Shown here piece by piece: positions 9,246-16,773 of a stretch of 25,261 nucleotides of DNA. Source of the DNA: a virus (taxonomy: Duplodnaviria > Caudoviricetes); the IMG/VR virus record IMGVR_UViG_3300036770_005207, positions 1 through 25,261 of that record; one strand, 5' to 3'. The notes beneath the pieces were generated by a model. The model was not told the origin of the DNA and made no database searches. It saw only the letters and a list, made by a program, of their open reading frames with translations. Numbering within the stretch: position 1 is the first letter of the stretch; each line of letters opens with the position of its first letter. The position numbers and the translations under genes were made by a program.

Positions 9246-9663
9246 ACAAGAAAAAAACGTTAAGTTTATCAAACTTAATAACGGTGAAGATTTAATTGCT
9301 GAAATTGAAGATTCAAATGATACACAGTTCATGTTTAAAAATCCGATGAAGATCATCGTAGATACAGATTTAGAAACAAGTAAACAAATTATCTTTTTAC
9401 ACCCTTGGCTTCCTTCAGGTGTTGTGCAAATGAACAGTATAACTTTACCTTCGAACGTTGTCTTCTTGACAACAGAAGTATTAGATGATGTTCGTGAATA
9501 CTACATCAATATGGTCTCGGAAGTCGAGATGAGCGAAATGATTAAAAAGAAACAGAAAAGAAAGAAAAAGAAAGTAGTTTCTTCTGAACCACTCGAAACA
9601 GATAATGTATTAGATTTCTCTGAGTTGATAGATAGAATTAAGAAGAATAGACCAATACACTAA
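9238..9663 (+). CDS. Conserved T4-like hypothetical protein, probable Sm/LSm-like fold
   Basis: The pattern 'IKLxNGEDLIAEI...KNPMKI...PWLP' is typical of the small beta-barrel ORF found between uvsW and gp55 in T4-like phages. Confidence 0.65.
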   Translation: MGKQEKNVKFIKLNNGEDLIAEIEDSNDTQFMFKNPMKIIVDTDLETSKQIIFLHPWLPSGVVQMNSITLPSNVVFLTTEVLDDVREYYINMVSEVEMSEMIKKKQKRKKKKVVSSEPLETDNVLDFSELIDRIKKNRPIH

Positions 9664-9700
9664 AGAATATCTAATATAGCATTCAACCGACCACATACTT

Positions 9701-9729
9701 ATTATAAACTTCAACTTTTTACAGGTCAA
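9701..9729 (-). promoter_or_regulatory. Near-consensus sigma70 promoter on the minus strand, divergent from gp55
   Basis: The minus strand reads TTGACC (9729-9724)-N17-TATAAT (9706-9701). Confidence 0.65.
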
Positions 9730-9734
9730 GCAGC

Positions 9735-10280
9735 ATGGCAAAGAAAAATCATTATGTAAACAATGCCGACTTTCTGAAGGCATTAACTGAGTACAAAAAG
9801 GCTTGTCGCAAGGCAAAACGCGAGGGATTACCCAAACCAAACATTCCAGATTATATTGGAAAGTGTTTGATGCTCATTGCTGAAAATCTTTCACATAAAC
9901 CAAATTTCCTCTCATACTCGTTTCGAGATGAAATGATTGGTGATGCGATCGAAAACTGCATCATGTATTTTGATAACTTTGATCCGAAAAAATCAAAGAA
10001 CCCATTCGCATACTTTACGCAGATCATTTACTTTGCTTTCATTCGCCGCATTCACAAAGAAAAGAAGCAGTTATATGTAAAATATAAGTCTACTGAACAA
10101 ATTGGTATATTGGATGAATACGATCAGTTCGACTCAGATGAAAACGGCGGTATGACGAAACAGTTTGAGATGTATGATAACATCTCTGAGTTTATCGTAA
10201 ACTTTGAAGAATCTAAGTTGAATAAGAAAAACAAACGCAAGAAAAAGAAGTCGCTAGAAAACTTCATCAGTGAGGACTAA
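9735..10280 (+). CDS. gp55: Late-transcription sigma factor (T4 gp55-like)
   Basis: Motifs HYVNNxDF, YIGxCxxxIAExLS.KPNF, EMIxDAIENC and NPFAYFTQIIYFAFxRRIxKEKKQ; C-terminal SLENFI. Confidence 0.96.
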   Translation: MAKKNHYVNNADFLKALTEYKKACRKAKREGLPKPNIPDYIGKCLMLIAENLSHKPNFLSYSFRDEMIGDAIENCIMYFDNFDPKKSKNPFAYFTQIIYFAFIRRIHKEKKQLYVKYKSTEQIGILDEYDQFDSDENGGMTKQFEMYDNISEFIVNFEESKLNKKNKRKKKKSLENFISED

Positions 10281-10281
10281 A

Positions 10282-10560
10282 ATGGCTACCAAACCACAAG
10301 AAGAAGATTTTGGCTTTACATTTATTGACGAATCCGAAATCGATGCTGAGATCAAACGAGTCGCCGAAGGTGCAGCGGAAGAAGCCTCACTTCAAGTTGA
10401 ATTGTCATATAAAGATCGTTTGAAACAGGTTGAGGATCTCATTCTTCCGTTCCTAACAAACTTGACTAAAGACCCGCAAAAGGTTATGATTAAGTGGCCA
10501 AATAGAGCCGAAGTTGTTGATCGGCAAATTCAGAAACTACTTAAGATTACACGTGACTAA
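10282..10560 (+). CDS. Hypothetical protein (92 aa, MATKPQEEDFGFTF...)
   Basis: SD GAGGA precedes the ATG at 10282. DFGFTF and IxPFLxNLxKxP...WPNR patterns; the stop overlaps the gp47 start. Confidence 0.75.
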   Translation: MATKPQEEDFGFTFIDESEIDAEIKRVAEGAAEEASLQVELSYKDRLKQVEDLILPFLTNLTKDPQKVMIKWPNRAEVVDRQIQKLLKITRD

Positions 10561-11633
10561 TGAAAATAGCGATTGTCGGTGATACTCATTTTGGGATGAG
10601 AGGGGACTCTATACAGTTTCATCAACTGTATCAGGAGTTTTATGAGAAGGTGTTCTTTCCGTATTTGAAGGAGCATAACATTACTCAGGTATTTCAGCTG
10701 GGCGATCTGTTTGATCGTCGTAAGTATATCAACTTCACAACGCTACACCTTTCTAAGAAATACTTTTTCGATCATATCGAAAACAACAACTTAGATTTTC
10801 ATACAATTCTTGGTAATCACGATATCTCTTATAAGAATACTCTTGAAGTAAACTCCTCAGCATTGCTGCTCGAAGGTTACGCCAAGATTAAAGTTCATAC
10901 TGAACCGACAACAGTTGAAGTTGACGGAATTCCTATTGATCTAATTCCTTGGATTTGTAAAGAAAACGAAGCAGAGATTGCAGAGTATTTTAAGAATACC
11001 AAGTCTCAGATTTGTTTCGGTCACTTTGAGATTCAAGGGTTTGAGATGGATCGCGGTAACGTATGCCATGAAGGTATTGACCGTGATGTTCTTTCAAATT
11101 ATGAAATTGTTTTGTCGGGGCATTTCCATCACAAGAGCAGCGACGGGCATATCACTTATGTCGGCACTCCTGGTGAAATGACTTGGGCTGACTATAACGA
11201 TCCTCGTGGCTTTCACATTTTCGATACTGAAACTCGCGAGTTAGAGTTTATTGAAAACCCATACAGAATGTTCTATAAGATTCTGTACGATGAAACGAAA
11301 GAAGATTTGGAAAGTGTAAAGACCAAAGACTATACACAATACACCAATCGTATTGTTAAAGTTGTAGTCGTGAATAAGACAAATCATCTTTTGTATGATA
11401 TGTTCTTGGACAATTTGTATCAAGCATTGCCGTTAGACGTAACTGTTGTTGAAGATTTTACAGATTATTCTGAGATCTCTGATGAAGACGTTATTGATCA
11501 AGCGGACGATACTTCTACAATCTTAGACAAGTATATTGAAAGTCTAGAACTTGAAGTTGATAAAAATATTTTGAAACAACTCATGAAAGAGATATACTAT
11601 GAGGCTCAATCGTTAGAAACTGGCAATGCATGA
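10560..11633 (+). CDS. gp47: Recombination endonuclease subunit (gp47, Mre11/SbcD-like)
   Basis: Metallophosphoesterase motifs GDTHFG, LGDLFDRRK, GNHD, GHFE and SGHFH. Confidence 0.96.
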   Translation: MKIAIVGDTHFGMRGDSIQFHQLYQEFYEKVFFPYLKEHNITQVFQLGDLFDRRKYINFTTLHLSKKYFFDHIENNNLDFHTILGNHDISYKNTLEVNSSALLLEGYAKIKVHTEPTTVEVDGIPIDLIPWICKENEAEIAEYFKNTKSQICFGHFEIQGFEMDRGNVCHEGIDRDVLSNYEIVLSGHFHHKSSDGHITYVGTPGEMTWADYNDPRGFHIFDTETRELEFIENPYRMFYKILYDETKEDLESVKTKDYTQYTNRIVKVVVVNKTNHLLYDMFLDNLYQALPLDVTVVEDFTDYSEISDEDVIDQADDTSTILDKYIESLELEVDKNILKQLMKEIYYEAQSLETGNA

Positions 11634-13333
11634 CAACATTTAAAGCGATTCGTTATAAAAATTTTCTTTCTGCTGGTAACATCTTTACCGAAATTTCTTT
11701 ACAGAAAGAAGAACAGACTCTGATCATTGGCGAGAATGGTGCAGGTAAATCTACCATTCTTGATGCCATCACATTTGCGTTGTTTGGTAAACCGTTCCGC
11801 AATATCAATAAGCCGCAGATTATCAACTCAGTAAATGGTCGCGATTGTGTTGTTGAAGTTGAATTTAAATGTTACTCGAAAGACTATAAGATTATTCGTG
11901 GTCTGAAACCAAACATCTTTGAAATTTATTGTGATGGTGAGTTGCTGGATCAGGACGCAAAGTCTAAAGATTATCAAGACTTCCTCGAGAAGCACATTCT
12001 GAAATTTAACTACAAAGCATTCACTCAGATCGTCATTCTGGGTAGTTCATCGTTTGTTCCGTTCATGCAGTTATCGGCTGCCGATCGCCGCGCAATTATC
12101 GAAGACTTGCTCGATATTCAGATTTTCTCTGCGATGAATCAAATTGTAAAAGAAAGAAACAACACATTGAAGGCAAGTGCAGTTAAACTCAAAGCCGATA
12201 TTGAATCGACCGTTGCGCAAATTGATATGCAAAAGAAATATATCGAAGAAGCGAAAAAGAACAATCAAGATCAAATTGAACTGAAAGAACAAGAGTTGAA
12301 AGAGAATCAAGATCAATTAGAGAAACTTGAAAAGGACTCTGAACTAATTCAAAAGCATATTGACGCACTACTCAAAACGGTGGCTGATGAAAAAAGTGTA
12401 AAGGACAAGAATAAAAAACTTTCTCAATTTGAAGCGAAAATCGATAACAACATAACCAAGTTGCAAAAAGATATCGACTTCTTTAACAATAACGACACAT
12501 GCCCTACTTGCGATCAACAGATCAATAACAAGGAAGAAAAGATCACTCAGTACAATACAAAGATGATCGATCTACAAGACGGCATGACTAAACTCAAGGA
12601 ACAACAAGATGCCGTTTTACAGAGAATCAATAACATTGAAAGCATCAACAAGAACATTCTTGCGCATCAGTCAGAGATTACAAGGATTAATGCGTCTCAT
12701 ACACAAATTAAAAAGTATGTTAAGAAACTTGAGAAAGAAATAGAAGATTTAAAGACCAAGAAAGTCTTGAGCGATGATATGATGAATATCTCTCAAGAGC
12801 TGTACGACAACTTAACCAAGTTGCAGGCAGATAAAGGCGAGTTGATTGATCGTAAAAAATATATCGACGTTGCTGCATTCTTGTTGAAGGATAGTGGTAT
12901 CAAAGCGAAGATTGTAAAACAATATCTACCAATCATTAACAAGTTGGTAAACAAATATCTGGCTTCTATGAACTTCTTCGTTAATTTCGAGATTGATGAA
13001 GAATTTAAAGAAAGCATCAAGTCTCGTCATCGCGATGATTTTAGTTATGAAAACTTCTCTGAGGGTGAGAAGCAGAAGATCGACTTGTCCTTGCTCTTTA
13101 CTTGGCGCGCAATCGCTAAAATGAAGAACAGCATCAATACGAATATTCTATTGTTGGATGAAGTGTTCGATTCAAGTTTGGACGCAAACGGTACAGAGTC
13201 ATTATTGCAGATTCTAAATACGTTACCAGATAATACAAATATCTTTGTTATATCGCACAAAGATAGTTTACATGATAAGTTTAAGAATATCTTGAAATTT
13301 GAAAAGCGCAAGGGCTTCTCTGTTCTTGCTTGA
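11630..13333 (+). CDS. gp46: Recombination ATPase subunit (gp46, Rad50/SbcC-like)
   Basis: Walker A GENGAGKS, coiled coil with zinc hook CPTC, signature FSEGEK, Walker B LLLDEVFD and H-loop ISH. Confidence 0.97.
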   Translation: MTTFKAIRYKNFLSAGNIFTEISLQKEEQTLIIGENGAGKSTILDAITFALFGKPFRNINKPQIINSVNGRDCVVEVEFKCYSKDYKIIRGLKPNIFEIYCDGELLDQDAKSKDYQDFLEKHILKFNYKAFTQIVILGSSSFVPFMQLSAADRRAIIEDLLDIQIFSAMNQIVKERNNTLKASAVKLKADIESTVAQIDMQKKYIEEAKKNNQDQIELKEQELKENQDQLEKLEKDSELIQKHIDALLKTVADEKSVKDKNKKLSQFEAKIDNNITKLQKDIDFFNNNDTCPTCDQQINNKEEKITQYNTKMIDLQDGMTKLKEQQDAVLQRINNIESINKNILAHQSEITRINASHTQIKKYVKKLEKEIEDLKTKKVLSDDMMNISQELYDNLTKLQADKGELIDRKKYIDVAAFLLKDSGIKAKIVKQYLPIINKLVNKYLASMNFFVNFEIDEEFKESIKSRHRDDFSYENFSEGEKQKIDLSLLFTWRAIAKMKNSINTNILLLDEVFDSSLDANGTESLLQILNTLPDNTNIFVISHKDSLHDKFKNILKFEKRKGFSVLA

Positions 13334-13343
13334 GGATAAAATT

Positions 13344-13904
13344 ATGTCTGATAAGAAAATTAAATTCGTCGACGGTCAAATGTATGAATATGAAATTTAC
13401 AACTTTGTAGATTCATACTCTGATGTTCTTGCTCAAAAAACTGAAACATTTGATTTCAACAACCCACCAGTACCACCACGATACTTGGCGGTGTCTTTAA
13501 TTGAGACTATGGTACAGAATAGAGGTATTGGTTTGGCGGCGAATCAGGTTGGCTTGCCTTATCGCGTTTTTGTTATGGGTGCACAAAACGTCGCCTTTGC
13601 TTGCTTCAATCCTGAGATCTTAGAAACGGAAGGCGAAGAAACAGTACATGAAGGTTGCTTGAGTTTTCCAGGTTTGTATTTGAAAGTGAAACGACCTTTT
13701 AAAATTAAAGTGCGATATACAGAGATGAATGGCAATGAGAAGGAAGTTACATTCGAAGGATTAACTGCTCGCATCTTTCAGCATGAGTTAGATCACCTGA
13801 ATGGTGTAAAATTCACTTCGTTGGTTGGTCCTGTTGCCCTAGATATAGCCAAGCAGAAAGTGAAAAAGAACCTCAAGAAAATGGGGGATGTCGTAAGTTA
13901 TTGA
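13344..13904 (+). CDS. def: Peptide deformylase
   Basis: All three PDF motifs are present: GIGLAANQ, EGCLS and QHELDH. The start is placed at ATG 13344, after SD GAGGA. Confidence 0.95.
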   Translation: MSDKKIKFVDGQMYEYEIYNFVDSYSDVLAQKTETFDFNNPPVPPRYLAVSLIETMVQNRGIGLAANQVGLPYRVFVMGAQNVAFACFNPEILETEGEETVHEGCLSFPGLYLKVKRPFKIKVRYTEMNGNEKEVTFEGLTARIFQHELDHLNGVKFTSLVGPVALDIAKQKVKKNLKKMGDVVSY

Positions 13905-13961
13905 TTCTTAAGGGGTTTTTACCCCTTGCTTTTTCGTGATGTTATAAGGTAAAATAGTCTT
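13894..13961 (+). promoter_or_regulatory. Early-type sigma70 promoter cassette 1 (IHF-like box, hairpin, -35/-10, leaderless start)
   Basis: TAAGTTATTGATT (13894-13906), then TTGCTT (13926-31)-N18-TAAAAT (13950-55), then AGTCTT-ATG with no SD. Confidence 0.65.
13910..13934 (+). terminator. Probable intrinsic terminator after def, overlapping the -35 box
   Basis: AAGGGGT-TTTT-ACCCCTT stem followed by GCTTTTT. Confidence 0.55.
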
Positions 13962-16241
13962 ATGAATCACGCTAATTTACAAAATTCTAAATCGCTCCTT
14001 GCCAAACTCTTGGCATCAGAGAACATCACGGTCTCGCACCAAAACGTTCGAACCGCATACTTCGACCTTAAAAATCGCACAATGGTTCTTCCTGTATGGA
14101 AGGACATGGACGGCGACTTGTATGATCTACTGACAGGTCATGAGGTGGGTCATGCTCTCAACACGCCAGCGCAAGGTTGGCACAATGAAGTCGCCGAAAC
14201 AGATAAAAAGTTCAAAGACTTCTTGAACGTTATCGAAGATGCGCGCATTGAAAAGTTGATCAAACGCAAGTTCCCTGGACTCTCAAAGTCTTTCGCTCGA
14301 GCGTACACTTCACTATATGAGCGTGACTTTTTCGGCATTAAAAAACTAAAAGACCTCAGCAAGTTGACTCTGATCGATCGCATCAACCTGCGATTCAAGA
14401 TGGGTGCGCATGTCATTGTTGAATTTAATGACTTTGAGCGCGACATTGTCAAAGAAGTCGAGGCTGCTGAAACTTGGGATCAAGTTGTTGATATTGCTCG
14501 TCGTGTGTATGACTATACGAAACAAAATGAGCAAGACAAAGTCCAGAATCAGCAAGAACTCCAAGAGCAGATGCGCAATGAAAGCCAGCAGGATCAAGAT
14601 GAATCTGGTGAGTATGATGACGTTGACGATGATTCTGACTATGAAGATGACATCGACGGTAACGATGATTCTGACCTAGACGAAGAATCAGACGGTACTG
14701 ATGCCGAAGATTCTCAGGATCAAACTGAGTCTGACGATCAAGAAGATGCTGAAGAAAATCAGTACAGTTCTGGTGGCGGTGATCAAGAAGAACAAGAAGA
14801 TGAAGATGAGCCACAGTCTGTAACTGATCGCAATTTCCGCCAGCGTGAGCAGGAATTGGTCAACGAGACTGGCAAAATCTTCATGTATGAATTGCCTGAT
14901 GCTGTTCTTGAGAACATCATTCTTCCCAACACGGAAGTTGTGAATGATCTTGAGACATTCTTTCGTGCACAAGTTGAAGACCCGAATCGTCGTTATGGTC
15001 ATCACGGTATTGCATACGACACTGTTGTTCAAAAGTGTGTTCGCAAGTTCAACACGAACAACAAGAAAGTCATTATGCATATTCTGAAAGAATTTGAGAT
15101 GCGCAAGAAAGCCAGCGAGTATGCTCGAACGCAGACTGCTCGCACTGGTGAGTTGAATATGAATGTGCTGCACAAGTACAAGTTCAGCAATGATCTGTTC
15201 AAGAAAATCAGTGTTGTGCCGAAGGGCAAGAATCATGGTTTTATCATGTTCGTTGACATGTCTGGTTCGATGGGCGATATTCTCCGCAACACGATTGAGC
15301 AGATGCTTGTGCTTGCGTCGTTCTGTAAACTTGCCAAAGTCCCGTTTGAAGTTTATGGTTTCAGCGACGATTGTTATGACAACAAGAAGTTGCGCGAAAT
15401 GATGAAGAAAGAGCGTTTCGTTTCTAATCGTACAATTGACATGACGATGACCAGCAATTGGTTCCATCTGAAGCATCTGATTGGTTCTTCGCTGTCACCT
15501 GTTCAATATCGTCGTGCGTTCAATGCGATGTGCGTTGTTGCGAATGAATATGGTCGTTATTATGAGACTCATGGTTCATATGACAACGATCATGGTAGTT
15601 GGAAGTATGATTGGGACACTTCTGGTTTTGGTTTGAATGGTACTCCGTTCATCGAGGCACTTCTTGCTTCTCGTGGAATCATTACTGCTTTCCAGAATAA
15701 GCATCAGTTGGATGTTTGCAATGTTGTCTATCTAACTGACGGTGAAGGTGGCAACAATCTGTCATATCCTCCGATGGAAATTGAATCTGGTTTCTATGAT
15801 GATCGCCGCAGGTCTGTTGTCTATCTGATTGACAAAAAGACCAAGAAGAAAGTCAAGTTGGCCAATCAGTATTATATGCAAGCAGCGATCACAGAGTTGG
15901 TTGCTGATGTGACTGGTTGCAAACATCTTGGCTTCTTTGTTGGCAACAAGAAAGCCATTCAACGCGACATGAAGTATCTTATTGCTGACAAGTCGCATGA
16001 GCAACAAGATGTTGCCAAGAAATGTTTTCGTGAGCATAATTACCTTATCGTTGAGCGTCTGGGATATGACAAATATTTCTATGTTGCTCTTCCGAACACT
16101 AACATTGTCGACGACAAACTTGAGATCACCAGCGATATGAACAAGAACAAGATGGCTCGTGAGTTCTCCAAGAACGTGGGTAGCAAGAAGAGCAATCGTC
16201 TTCTGCTCACGAAACTAGCCGAAGAACTGGCGGTGGCGTAA
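13962..16241 (+). CDS. CobT-like protein: N-terminal HEXXH metallopeptidase-like domain, acidic linker and vWA (MIDAS) domain
   Basis: GHEVGHAL and NVIEDARIE motifs; D/E-rich linker; MIDAS elements FVDMSGSM, GTP and YLTDGEG. A MoxR ATPase lies downstream. Confidence 0.85.
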   Translation: MNHANLQNSKSLLAKLLASENITVSHQNVRTAYFDLKNRTMVLPVWKDMDGDLYDLLTGHEVGHALNTPAQGWHNEVAETDKKFKDFLNVIEDARIEKLIKRKFPGLSKSFARAYTSLYERDFFGIKKLKDLSKLTLIDRINLRFKMGAHVIVEFNDFERDIVKEVEAAETWDQVVDIARRVYDYTKQNEQDKVQNQQELQEQMRNESQQDQDESGEYDDVDDDSDYEDDIDGNDDSDLDEESDGTDAEDSQDQTESDDQEDAEENQYSSGGGDQEEQEDEDEPQSVTDRNFRQREQELVNETGKIFMYELPDAVLENIILPNTEVVNDLETFFRAQVEDPNRRYGHHGIAYDTVVQKCVRKFNTNNKKVIMHILKEFEMRKKASEYARTQTARTGELNMNVLHKYKFSNDLFKKISVVPKGKNHGFIMFVDMSGSMGDILRNTIEQMLVLASFCKLAKVPFEVYGFSDDCYDNKKLREMMKKERFVSNRTIDMTMTSNWFHLKHLIGSSLSPVQYRRAFNAMCVVANEYGRYYETHGSYDNDHGSWKYDWDTSGFGLNGTPFIEALLASRGIITAFQNKHQLDVCNVVYLTDGEGGNNLSYPPMEIESGFYDDRRRSVVYLIDKKTKKKVKLANQYYMQAAITELVADVTGCKHLGFFVGNKKAIQRDMKYLIADKSHEQQDVAKKCFREHNYLIVERLGYDKYFYVALPNTNIVDDKLEITSDMNKNKMAREFSKNVGSKKSNRLLLTKLAEELAVA

Positions 16242-16304
16242 GTTGTTGATTCTATTAGGGTTTTTTCTATTGCGTTTTAGGGAAAAAACAGCGATAATAG
16301 TCTT
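16239..16304 (+). promoter_or_regulatory. Early-type sigma70 promoter cassette 2 (repeat of cassette 1)
   Basis: TAAGTTGTTGATT (16239-51), then TTGCGT (16270-75)-N17-GATAAT (16293-98), then AGTCTT-ATG with no SD. Confidence 0.65.
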
Positions 16305-16541
16305 ATGAAATGTGAAAACTCTTTTATTCCTGAAACTTATAATCGTCTTGAAATAATCGTCCGTGATTTTAATTCTGTGTCTAATCGCGCTGAATTGAAC
16401 TTATCTGATAATGATAAAATCTCGGCTGAAGTTATGTATGAACTGTGTAAATCGTACATGGCTGAATATGAACGTTTGTATCCTGAACTTGAACCTAGTC
16501 GTGATGGTCCTTCTAATCTTACATGGGTGAAAGGTTGGTAA
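16305..16541 (+). CDS. Hypothetical protein (78 aa)
   Basis: Starts at the same AATAGTCTT-ATGAA context as the 13962 gene; no family recognised. Confidence 0.65.
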   Translation: MKCENSFIPETYNRLEIIVRDFNSVSNRAELNLSDNDKISAEVMYELCKSYMAEYERLYPELEPSRDGPSNLTWVKGW

Positions 16542-16542
16542 T

Positions 16543-16752
16543 ATGAAAATCAACGATACTATAAAAGTCGAGGCTAGTGAATCTTTGGGCACACCAGCCT
16601 GTAATGCGCGCGTGTTGGAATTTGACACGTTCAAACTTGAAAAAGGTGACTTGAACGTTATCTATGTTCGGTGTGATGATGGTGATGAAGGCTATGTAAC
16701 TGCCGCTGCTCCGCACCGTGTTGTTGATGATATGGGTTTTGTTCTTAAATAA
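16543..16752 (+). CDS. Hypothetical protein (69 aa, beta-rich, possibly SH3-like)
   Basis: Abuts the previous stop; AAGG upstream; alternating hydrophobic strands. No family recognised. Confidence 0.6.
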   Translation: MKINDTIKVEASESLGTPACNARVLEFDTFKLEKGDLNVIYVRCDDGDEGYVTAAAPHRVVDDMGFVLK

Positions 16753-16773
16753 TTTACAGTGAGTGATTTTGAT

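Noticed and set aside
9610-9840. Minus-strand 76-aa ORF, including a 28-aa Met-start peptide (MWSVEC...) below the antisense promoter
   Set aside because: The long form overlaps gp55. The internal ATG is only 4 nt past the -10 box, probably upstream of the TSS, and has no SD.
13299-13343. ORF-track upstream starts (13299 def; also 7531, 10270, 18711)
   Set aside because: These are non-ATG starts that mostly overlap upstream genes or leader structure. Downstream ATGs with an SD or stop-start coupling (13344, 7561, 10282, 18732) fit better.
14688-15476. 262-aa minus-strand ORF and other short ORFs nested in the vWA gene
   Set aside because: Antisense or out-of-frame shadows of a motif-bearing gene; no independent expression signals.
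13892-16309. Reading the two repeated intergenic motifs as att sites or mobile-element ends
   Set aside because: No integrase or transposase nearby; conservation is confined to promoter-like elements with fixed spacing to the ATG.
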